Shown here: in pieces, positions 36,510-46,785 of the stretch
How positions within the stretch are numbered: position 1 is the first letter of the stretch
Layout: each line of letters starts with the position of its first letter
Assembly (NCBI GenBank): GCA_013239625.1
Contig: MU054323.1
Coordinates: forward strand, 5,755,220-5,819,219
DNA: 64,000 bases
Source of the DNA: Lama guanicoe
Taxonomy: Eukaryota
Reading direction: 5' to 3'
Notes under the pieces: generated by a model
What the model was told of the DNA's origin: nothing
Seen by the model: the letters and a program-made list of their open reading frames with translations, nothing else
Database searches by the model: none
Position numbers and translations under genes: made by a program

Positions 36510-36970
36510 AAAAGGCGTCCTCTAGCAAAATAACCTCCTCCCTTTCATCACAGGGGTGGCCAGATGACCCAGGCGGGGCAGTCATAGCTTCCCACATCCC
36601 AGCCACGTAAGTGATGCAGGCATGGGCATGTGCCTCGAGCTGGGCCAGTCAGAGGTCCTCCCTGAGAGGTTTTCCTAAGCAGACTTGGTGGGGAAAATCC
36701 CTTTCTTTTCTCTGCTTGTGAGGTTGTAAGCATCTAAGCTGGAGCTACTTGTATACTTGGTTCCACCTCATGGGAACTGCTAGCTTGAGAGAACAAAGCT
36801 CTCACATAGAAGGAAGCAGGGAAGAGAGGAGGGGCGGGGGGAGGACAGAGTTCTGAGGCTGGTTCAACTTCTGCCTACTCTGGGAGTTCATCACAGGCAC
36901 CATTATATCCCCTCTTTTGCTTAAGCAATTGATCTAAGTTCTGACACATATAACCAAGAATCCTGATGTA
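36510..36970 (+). mobile_element. Old MaLR LTR (MLT1K/L-like)
   Basis: 'atgggcatgtgcctcgagctgggccagtcagag...ttttgcttaagc...aaccaagaatcctga'. Confidence 0.7.
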
Positions 36971-37049
36971 TTCTGTCATCCTCTTAATCCAACAGTATCT
37001 CATGCTACCCTCTAGCTACACTCTTCATACCTCTTAAGCCAATCTCAGA

Positions 37050-37510
37050 TTCGTTCAGTTGAGCAAGCCTTTACCAAGTATCCAATTCATATAGGATCTG
37101 GGGTACAGAGAGGAAGAAAAAAAGTCCTTACAGACAAAGGGCATTTAACATGCATCTTCAAGAATAAATGAGATTTCCTGGCAAACAGAGGAGAGGAGAA
37201 AGTATCTCCAAGCAGAGGAAATAGCATGTATAATGACAAAAGAATAGGAGAGTCATGGCTGGAGAGTCCAGCTTGGTTGGCGACTGCAGTAACAACAGGC
37301 AGGAGAAGGAAGAGCTGCTACACAGAAGGTCTGGTCTGCCCTGTGCAAATGCTTAGACTCAACTCTGAGGATTATGGGGAGTCATTAAAGAGGTTAAGCA
37401 AATGAGAGGTGCCTGAGAATAGATGCTTCAACAAGATGCTGGGATTATGATGGAAGTATGGAGACCAGGCAAGAGATGATGCTGGTCTGAACCAGAGCCA
37501 TGGCAGGGAA
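37050..37510 (-). mobile_element. LINE-2 fragment
   Basis: 'ttcgttcagttgagcaagcctttaccaag...tccaagcagaggaaatagcatg...gggagtcattaaagaggttaagc'. Confidence 0.6.
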
Positions 37511-37819
37511 GGCTGAGGGAGGAATCAGAACCCAGACCCCAGCGTGGAGCCACACCCCCTATTATGGACTGATGCTCTGCCCTCTGGGACCAGTCTCATT
37601 CTCACCCACCTCTGTGCTTTGCCCTTGCACATCTCTCACCTATAATCCCCTCCTTTCCTTCCTGCCTTTATTTAAGCTTTCCCTAGCTTTCAAGGCTGAC
37701 TCCAGGAGCAGCCTTTTCTGACTGATGCATCTGTCCTGGCCACCCTTCTCTGAATCCAGACTCTTAGACTGTAAAATTTAGACCCGACGATGTCCTATTT
37801 TCCCCTCCCAACACTGCTC

Positions 37820-37890
37820 GGGGCGTGGGGGGGGTGGGTGTGTGTGTGTGCATATGTATAGATGTATAGGTACATATAGACACATATGTT
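37820..37890. repeat. G-run, (TG)n and TA-rich simple repeat
   Basis: Read directly from the sequence. Confidence 0.85.
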
Positions 37891-39124
37891 TCTGGGAGGC
37901 TTTCCTGTAAGCTCTGGGTGGGCAAGGGTCCTGCGGTGTCCCCTTGGACTCCACTGCACGTGCACACCGTGAAGGTACTTTGTCCATACTTGTCAATATA
38001 TAGGATCTAAATTGACTCCGTACTGGTGGCCCTAGTCACCTCAGTCCTTTTTATAGGGACAGGTCACGTGGACTCAGGAAGGGACAGTTATAAGCTATAG
38101 GTCACACAGTGCATCAGTGACCAGGCCAGGGTGGGGGTAAAAAGCAGCCCTCTGACCCACTAGCAGAGAAGGGGCTTTTCTCCCATTTATCTCTCTTGTC
38201 TCCAACTGCATGGACCAAAGGGAAAGCTTTAGAAAAATTAGGTCAATATAAGTAGATTTTTCCCTCCTCTTTCACTGCTTTTCATTTTTTTTTAAAGAAC
38301 AGGTAATATGACCCTTCCTTTCCTTTAGTTTACAGAGATTTTATTCCTAAATGAATTATGAATAATTAAAACTCTACTCCATTTGTTCTATATTGTTGTT
38401 AATTGAAAAAATTAAAGATGCATGTGCTGCAATGGCAGGGTGGCCCTGGGAGAGGCTAGTGGATGGCTCAGGGGGAGATGTGCCAGCACCTCCCAGGCCT
38501 GCTGCCAATGCTACCTGGAGCGGGGCATCTGGTCGACTGCTGTGAGCACTCCCCTTGCCTGTCCTCACCGCTTCCTACCAAGCACACAGAGGGTATAATG
38601 TCATTTCTCTCCTTATCCACATTTCTCTTTGCCCGTGTAAAAGCCAGGAGGTGAAAGGACGGTATTTATCATTCAAAACATGGGGAAGCTGCAATCATTT
38701 CTCCCGAGTGGCTTTCAGGGTGATCCAGGCCCCAGGTGCCAGGGTGACCTGCTGGGTGTGGGATGTGATATCTTCCAAGGACACTGCATAAAGGCTAAAG
38801 TCTGATGGCCAGGCTGGTCACACCACCCACCCCTACCACCACAGCTGACAGGTACAGATCTGGAGCTCAACAAAGCAAGGTCAATGTCTTTTCCCTGGAA
38901 CCGGGCCAGGTGTGCACAAAGCCAGCTTGGTGGGCTGCACCCTTGTCCTTACGATCCTCCCCTTTTACTCTGAAGTGCTCTCTGTGCCTGTCTACTTAGG
39001 CTCCTCAGGCTGCCCTCACTGCCTGCTTAGCCCACAACTGGTGCTCAAAAACTATTTGTTGACCGAATGAGTCCTGCCCACGGGCTGGGCTAATGCTTAC
39101 AAAGTCAGAAGCGGAGTTAAGCAC

Positions 39125-39350
39125 TGTGCTAGGCAGGATACACTAACTATTGTGACAAACAACCCCAGATCCCGGTGGCTTCAACAATAAGCATTCGTTT
39201 CTTATGACCCCCCCCCCACCATGCAGCATTGCTCTCCCGTGTGGCTCTCCTTAAGCAGCGACTCAGAGACCCAGGGCCCCTCCTTCTAGCACCTTATCCT
39301 ACTCCCCACAAGCTCCTTGGAGTGTTCTCCCCTCAGGGGTGGATGAGGGA
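39125..39350 (-). mobile_element. Old MaLR LTR fragment (MLT1J/K-like)
   Basis: 'aggatacactaactattgtgacaaacaaccccagatcccggtggcttcaacaa...gcgactcagagacccagg'. Confidence 0.6.
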
Positions 39351-39681
39351 AGAAAATGGCGGGTCCCCTACCATGCCTTGCCAGCTTTCCCGACCTCCCC
39401 TCCCAGTGAGAGGTTCCTTGGTAAGACTCCAGGGGACTCTTTTCTCTAGGTCTTTCCCACCTGGTCAGGTTAGTATGAGCTCTTGCAATAACTGTCCTCT
39501 TGGAGTCCTTAAGAATGATCTCCCATGACTTCAGGCTGGCTCTGCAGAGGGCTTCCCCTACACGCTCCATCTGAATAAGCCTCTGTTGACATGAGATGAG
39601 CCGCTGGGGTTGAAATAATACCCAGGCTACAAGAAGAGGAACTGCCTGGGGTTCCAGTCCTCATGGCTGGTGCCCCTTTAC

Positions 39682-39847
39682 CTGGTGGGCAGAGCCTCCC
39701 ACCACCAAGGCCAGGCTGAAGTGCCACTGCCCAGGGGAGCGACCCCCTCCCAAGCAGGCACATAACAGGTGAGGCCGATGAACTTGGCTGGTTCCCCAGG
39801 ACCGTTGCCCAATTTGAGTTCTGCTTCTTTTTTCCCTCTAGGCAGTC
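39682..39847 (-). other. Candidate 166-nt exon
   Basis: Acceptor tctcccctccttctcccacag|GAC and donor CAG|gtaaag. No recognisable protein in any frame. Confidence 0.35.
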
Positions 39848-40949
39848 CTGTGGGAGAAGGAGGGGAGACTTCACATCCGGGAACCCGGGGAGAGCCACCT
39901 TCTAATGAGTCGCTTTCCTCCTTGGTTTGTGAGCACTGCCGGCTCCAAGTTGTGCCTTGCTGGGAGCTCTGCTCTCTGCATTTCGCTCCCCGACCTTTAA
40001 TGTTCCCCTGATCCAATTTCCTTTGTGATAAATAAATAAATAAGAGTGTTTTCGTTGAACACAAACGTATTCATTGCAAGAGGCCCGGGTGGCACATAAC
40101 TATGAAAGTTTCGTTCTCTTCGTTAGAGGATTCAGTCCTTAATCTCCACACTTTCTTCTTCCCCACAGTCTGCCTTGATCACAAGGAAGTAAAACCACAG
40201 CCTCCTCTCCCTCGGGGAGTGCACTCCCAGAGGTACAGACACTAATAAATCTCGGCGTCAGCGGATCTCACAGGCATCGCAAGCATCAGGGCCAGCCCGA
40301 GGCCTGGAGAAAAACAAGCAGCCGGAGACCTAGGGGGTGGGGGTGGGGGTCCCAGCAGCTTCCCCCTGGAGTATGGTCTTCTGTGTGTCTTAGCAGCCCA
40401 GGAAGTCGCTTTCAAGATGTTCCATGGTAAGCATGGTGCCCCATAAAAGGAGCAGGATGCAGGCGCTCTAACCACTGGAACTGGTCCGGCCGTGGGCCCT
40501 TGGTTCCTTGCACCTCCTTCCAGCAAGAGCCTGAACAGCCTGGTGATGCTGCTGAGAGCAGTGACAGTGACTTCGCCCCCGGCATTACCTCCACACGGCT
40601 CCCGGTACCTCCCATCCCCATTCCAGGGAGGGACCTGCTCCATCCCGAAATCCTCCCCCGGCTCTCAGACTGGCAGTGCCAGGCTGACTTGTGGACGGAT
40701 GCCACAGCACTGAATGCAACACTCTTGGAAACAGCACTGGGAGTGTTCCCCCACCTCCTTCAGGGGACTGAGTCCCACCTGTGTGCCTTTTCAGGGCCAT
40801 GTAGAGAGAGAAGAGGCGGTTTGGAGAATAATCACTGTCCCGTTTGGTGCAAATCCACCAAGCTTGGATAATCAAGGTTGAATCTGAACTACCTGCAAGT
40901 TTTCTTTAATATAAATACACATGGAGCAGGTGTTTGCTTGTTGGTTTGA

Positions 40950-41900
40950 CTCAATCAACCACCCACTGATGAGCACGTATGGTGCACCCAGATCCACCGA
41001 GAACAGTGGGCTGGAGATAGAGATGAAGATATTACCCTGCCATCTGAGAGCTCAGTCTAGTTAAGTCAACCAGATACATACCTGAAAAATGAGATGAAGT
41101 AAGAGCAATTTAAGGGTAAATGAGACTGTTTAAGGGAGGCAGAAAGTAACATTATAACAAGAGCACCTATTCTCAGAATCCACGCCCACTCTGTGCCTCA
41201 AAGATCTTTACTCTTCCCAACTTACCGAAATAGGTATGATTATTAGCCCCAGTTCACAATGAGAAAACTCATGCTCAGAGAGGTTAAGTGATTTTCCTGA
41301 GGTCACAAAGCCAGTAAATGAGAGAGGTGAAATTTACACTTCACTCTGTTGACTCCAAAACCAGTGCTGCTACCCACAGTGCAATCCCAGAGGACACCTG
41401 CCAGTAGAGAGAAGACTCCAAGGCAGAGCTCAGCGCAATGTAAAGAAGACATTGCTAAAGGCCGGTGATGGGTAGGCTGTGTCAAGTAAATGAGTCCCAT
41501 GCCCACGAGAGGTTCACAGGCCAGAGGGTCCCCTGGCAAGTGAAGGAAGAATCCGGGCCTGAAAGGAGGTTGGAATAAATACATTCTGATGGGAGATGCT
41601 ATGTTAGAGAAGTGGGATTTGGAAGGGCTAGAATTTAAGTAGAAAGGTCAGAAAGGTGGTAAACGTGTCAGCCAGGATGCAGCGGTAGGGATCACAGGTG
41701 TGTCTGGGGCTAGTAAGTAAAGCTGATTGGCTGAAGCAAAAGCCCTGTGTTGGCCAAATCTCCCCTTGCAATGAGCAAGGTCCAGCAAGGGGCTGGGATG
41801 GGTTACCGATTATTAGAAGTGGTCAGGAAGATTTGAAGAGGTAGGAAATGTGGGGAGAGATGAGTGCCACATTCTCAGAAGAGTTATGGCACAAAAGTAG
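40950..41900 (-). mobile_element. L2 fragments with an embedded MIR (about 41150-41390)
   Basis: L2 'ccctgccatctgagagctcagtctag'. MIR 'attattagccccagttcacaatgagaaaact...ctcagagaggttaagtgattttcctgaggtcacaaagccagtaaatg'. Confidence 0.7.
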
Positions 41901-42717
41901 AAATCTCAATTTCTGTCTTCACAAGCGGGCAGCTGGCCATTAGTATCCAGAAATAAGAGGTCAGGCCACCACATGGGTCAGAAACTAGAAGCAAGAGCCA
42001 GGCTGGGGGTTCTTGGAAGTGCTTCTGGCTGCAGTATAAATGTCACAGGTGGTCATCCTGCAGCCACATGGGATAAAGGTGCAGGTGGCTGGGGACAAAC
42101 AGTTTTGAGAGGGGTGAACTCACTTCTACCCAGTGGGGCTGGCCTCACAGCCACAGGGAACAGACTTATCCATGAGGCGCCCCCCCACCCATGGTACAGC
42201 AAAACCCTTAGGGATGAATAGAGAATCAGACCCTGAGACCAGAACACCGTGTTCAGTCCAGAGCACGGTGACATGGCGCCTGTCCCAGAACATCCATCTG
42301 GGCAGAGGCAAGGAAATTGCAGGCCTGAATCTGCTCTTTGCCATTTTCTAGAAATGGCTTCACTGGTTTCACTTGTTAAAAAAAAAAAAAAGGAAAGGAA
42401 AGGAAGGAATATGGGCCAATTCTGAGGGCTAATTGCCTCTGCTCTCAATGAGAGCCCATGCTTTTTCCGGCAAACATGCTCTCCGGTCGCTGTGCCGCCA
42501 GACCCACTCTCCGTTTCCAATCAGCCCTGAAAATAGCCCTTGATAGAGATAATAGGAAGAACAAAGAGAAATTTGGAGGAGCAGAGAGAGGAAAGGAAAG
42601 GCATGCCTCACCACAGCCCTGAAGTTGTTTTCATAAAAAACCCTTCAGTTAGTCCCTGATTTGTCTCCAAACAGCAAGGAGTTCAATAAATCCCAAGAAA
42701 CAGACTTGGACCGAGAC

Positions 42718-42893
42718 CAAGGGTTCTTTGACTTTTTTAGGTCATAGACTCCTTTGAGAAACTGGAAAAGCATGGACCTTCTCTCTCACCAGGAAAATGC
42801 ACAGAAACACATATTCCATATATTAATTCAGGGGCTCAGAGACTCCACTGGAAGCTCCAATCACAGACCCTCAGAACTGGTTAAGAAGCCATT
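42718..42893 (-). mobile_element. hAT-Charlie MITE (MER103-like)
   Basis: Ends 'gggttctttgac' and 'ggttaagaagcc' look like terminal inverted repeats. The internal 'ctttgagaaactg...atggacc...ccaggaaaatgcaca' matches. Confidence 0.75.
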
Positions 42894-43299
42894 ATATAGG
42901 CAATGTCTCTTTTAAAGATTTTCCTACTTATTTCTCTCTCTCTCCCCCTCCCTCTCTCTGCATATATGTGCGTGTTTACAAGAAAACAGCTGAGCTGCAT
43001 TTCTTCAGGCATAGTCTAAGAGAGCTTTTAATTTGTTCCATTTGAAATTTTGGAAGCCTTTCTGCAAATAAGTGAGTGTGAGGATCCAAAGAGGAGGGTG
43101 GTCCTGAGTGAGCCGTTCTCAGAAAAGACTCTCACTGAGGAGTCAACACTCAGCCCTAGGACCCTCGGAAGAGCTGGAGACTCTTCCCCTGCAGGCCTCA
43201 GCAAGAACAGGTGTATCACCTAACAGGTTAATCATGGCCACGGGCTATGGAGGGGCAATGGGAGCCCTGAGCCCTGCACCTGGGGAGACTGGTCCATGC

Positions 43300-43440
43300 C
43301 AGGGCTCCCCCAGATTTACTGTGGATCCATATCAGCTGGAGGCCTCGTTAAAATGCACAGTCTGATTCTGGAGGCCTGGGATGGGGTGGCGATCCTGCAT
43401 GTCAGCATCTGGTGATGCCGAAGCTGCTTTAAGTCACAAG
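43300..43440. mobile_element. MER5-like hAT fragment
   Basis: 'atcagctggaggcctcgttaaaatgcaca...ctgattctggaggcctgggatgggg...ctgcat...ggtgatgc'. Confidence 0.65.
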
Positions 43441-43585
43441 GCTGCGATTCTCTCTTCTTGGCTGAAGCCCTAGCGAAGACCTTGAATGTGAGCTCTGGAA
43501 TATGAGTGCACTGTCAGGATGCCCCAGGATATAATGTCCCCTGAACTAAGGGTGACGCTACCCTATAACAAGCGGGCCCACAGAA

Positions 43586-43646
43586 CCAGGGGCTGGGCCT
43601 CCCCCCACCCCCGGGCCAGGGGCTGGGCCTCCCCACCCCGGGCCAG
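43586..43646. repeat. Two-copy GC-rich tandem duplication (30 and 27 bp units)
   Basis: ccaggggctgggcctccccccacccccggg / ccaggggctgggcctccccaccccggg / ccag. Confidence 0.9.
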
Positions 43647-43974
43647 CCAGGGATGACACCCGGGGGGATGCTGCCTCAGTTCCCTCTGCGTCCACAGCCC
43701 AGCTGGCCCAGGGCCATGTACACAGCAGGCATCCTTTAAGTGAGTGAGTGATTGAGAGCCCCATAAACTGGTTCGGCCAGTTCTCCAGCAGGGTGGGTGG
43801 TGGGGTCCTGGAGCTCTGGGAGGCAAAAGGAAGGCTGAGGGACCATTTGTGCTCAAAGATCTGGGCTATGGTGCATAATGCTGGCCAGTGAGCATTTATC
43901 AAGCACCAACTGTGTGATCAATTCCACGCCAGGCCTGGGAGCAGGGGCAGAAGAGGGGCTGAGGGATCAGAAGG

Positions 43975-44110
43975 AACTAGAATATCAAAGACAGAAGAAC
44001 TCTTAGAAATCTTAGGCTCCAATCCTGTTGTTTTACAGATGGGACGCTGAGTCCCAGAAAGTCTTGCTCTTGAGGGCCAGGATGAGAATGCAGGTTTTCT
44101 GACCTCCTGC
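43975..44110 (-). mobile_element. MIR/MIR3 fragment
   Basis: 'cttagaaatcttaggctccaatcct...ttttacagatgggacgctgagtcccaga'. Confidence 0.65.
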
Positions 44111-45299
44111 CCATCCCCACCTTGCCCTGGGGTCTGACGACAGGCGGGCAGGCTTCCCCTCTGGACTCCCAAGTCATCCTGGGCAGTAATCTGCCTCAGG
44201 TCGGCGCTCCAGGAGCACCCCCCACCCCAGCTCAGTCTGGCACAGGCCTAGGCACATGCAGGTGTCAGGGAGCATCTGTGATTCAGCCCTCGAGGGACAG
44301 AGAGAGGCTCACCTGGGAGCAGCGCTAACCCAGGGCCTCTCCCAGCACATTACAGACTGTCAGGTTAATAGGCCTCTGCTGAGTGCCTGGGGGGAAGTCA
44401 GTTCCAATCAGGCCATGGTCTGTAGCCGGCAGACAAATGCAGGGCGAAGGCAGGAGATCTGGCCTCTGAAGAAAGCCAGCCTGGCCCTCCTACTCTCTCA
44501 AACAAGCTCACTCCTGGAGAAGGGGCAAATGAAAACTGGACTTTTCCCAGTGCCAGCAATGGGGCCCGTCTTCCACTCTTTTTGTCCAAAAACACCATTA
44601 AAAAAAATACTGTGGGTCTCTTGAGACCCTGGGCTGCAGATGCTCAGAGCACCAGCAAACCTTTAGCCAATGTAACCCAGCCTCACACCCTGGCCTCCTG
44701 TCTGCAGTCACAGCCTCTGAGTAAATGGCGCAGGTCCCTTCTGAAGACAGAATCCACTCCCCGCCCCTGCTGATCCCGGTCACAAGCATCATATGAGAGA
44801 TCATGAACATGCCACGACCGAGACCATGGGAGAGCCTGGCTGTCCTCGGAAACAGGGGCAGACATGCGTTCCCTGAGAAGTGACTCAAATTAGTTCCACA
44901 AACAAATAAGCACCTACTGTGTGCTGCTCTGCACTCTTTGGAGTTTCAGGGCTGAGGCAGCCTGCCTGAGCTGGTCTTCTCTCACAAAAATGAAACCAAA
45001 GCTTCTCTATTCCACTTTCTGCACCTAAAACATGGCAGGGATGTGGGAGAGATGTGGCCCAATTTAAAAGCAAGTGCCTTCAACAGCCTTTCAAAAAACA
45101 TGCAAGAGCCATTTGGAACCCTTCAGTTTGCCTCTCTCCCCCTGGAAACCATCCTCCCCACCTCCTCTCACTCACAACACTGAGACCATGGGGGGAAAAA
45201 AAATCACCGTCCAGCCCACAGTTCACAGAATCAGACCTCCCTACTCCCTTCCCCTAGATGTGGTCAGGAGGAGTGACTAATTGCCCAGTGAGTCCTCAA

Positions 45300-45430
45300 G
45301 AAGCCTCAGTCTCCTGTGGTGTTAGTGTCACCTTCTGCTTAGGACTGATGTGAAAACCACAAGATCATCCTGGTAAAGCACTCACCCCAGGGCTGGCACA
45401 GAGTAAGCCCTCAGTAAACAGCAGCTATTA
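45300..45430 (+). mobile_element. MIR fragment
   Basis: 'agcctcagtctcctgt...gtaaagcactcac...ctggcacagagtaagccctcagtaaac'. Confidence 0.6.
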
Positions 45431-46349
45431 TGACCATGGTCCCGATGGAGAGAGCAGACAGTGGACTCAGGTAACCAAGAGCCACCCCTGTTTCTGGACT
45501 CGAGGAGCCTGAGTGATGCCGTGGGGCCACAAAGGCTGCTGGTGTGGATGACGTGCTCTGGCTTAGGAAAGCCCAACAGAAAATTACTTTGTCAATCACC
45601 TCCGAGGAAAGGGGATCTGGCGGAAGCTTAAGACTTCATTGGCGCTGCCACTGGAGCTTCGTCTTTTGTACAGACTATTTTTAGCATAAATAATGTGCAC
45701 TCTGTTACATTGTCAAAACTGACAGATGAGCATTCTCGTGGCACCCACAACCACTCATTCAATCGGGCAAATGTTAGAAAATGTTAGATGGGCTTCTCCC
45801 GACCGCAGCACAAAAAGCTGCTGATACCACCATGGCCACCAGTCTTCACAACAGGTGCCCCTGCCCTCTGCCCTCGGTGGTAGGGGTCCTGGCCTCTGAA
45901 CCCTGCAGCCGGGATTCAGACTTCATTTCATGGTGGGTGCATCTTAGTCGAAGACTCAGCCAGGGGTGACTAAGTCCAGGAAGTCCATCTTGGCAAAGCA
46001 TTTGCAAAAAGTATGTTATAGGTAAGAGGTCTGTGAGGCTGGATGAGAAGCCCAGAGTCACCAGGGGCCTGGCAATTGACCTGTGATCCTCCATCGTCCA
46101 GTCTCACAGCCCTGGTGCCCCCCATGGTCTCACCCCAGGGGAGCTGCTGCTTGGAACCAAACAGGGGACAAGAAACTCAGTGTGTCTATCAAACAGGAGG
46201 ACCCAGATCAGCCCATTTCTCAGGTCCTCTTGAGACTAAGGAATGCTTTGTCTATTTGGTTAGTTGGTTTGACATTTCCATTTTTGTTTTGTGTCTTCCT
46301 CCACTCACTATGCTGCTCTGACTGTATCCCTGCATCACAGCGCCCAGCA

Positions 46350-46785
46350 TGCTAAATTCTGCCCAGGGTGCTTTCTCCCCCTCTCATCACCCAGCTAATT
46401 CTACTCACTCTTTAGACCTCTGCAGGAATGTCACTTCCACAGCACGTTACCTCTGACCACCCAACTTACAATAGCCCTTCTATGATTTGCTCTCAAAACA
46501 CCCTGAGCTTTTCCTGCAAACATGAGGACAGTTGGTATTTATGGCTCATTTGTTTCCCTCATTAGCTTGCAAGTTCCCCAAGAATGAAGACATGCCTGTT
46601 CTGTTTGCCTCTGTTCATGCAGCACAAGGCCTGGCACAGAGTCCAGCACAGAGTAGAGGTTCATTAAGTGATACTCACTGAGACAGATGAATGAATGGAT
46701 GTGGATGGATAGATGCATAGATGGATGGATGGATGGACTCATGGATGGATGGATGGATAGATAAACAGATAAATGAATGAATACT
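46350..46785 (+). mobile_element. LINE-2 3' end whose tail expanded into a (TGGA)n repeat (about 46686-46783)
   Basis: 'ctaattctactcactctttagac...tgtcacttcc...cctggcacagagt...gatgaatgaatggatg(gatg)n...gaatgaatgaat'. Confidence 0.8.
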
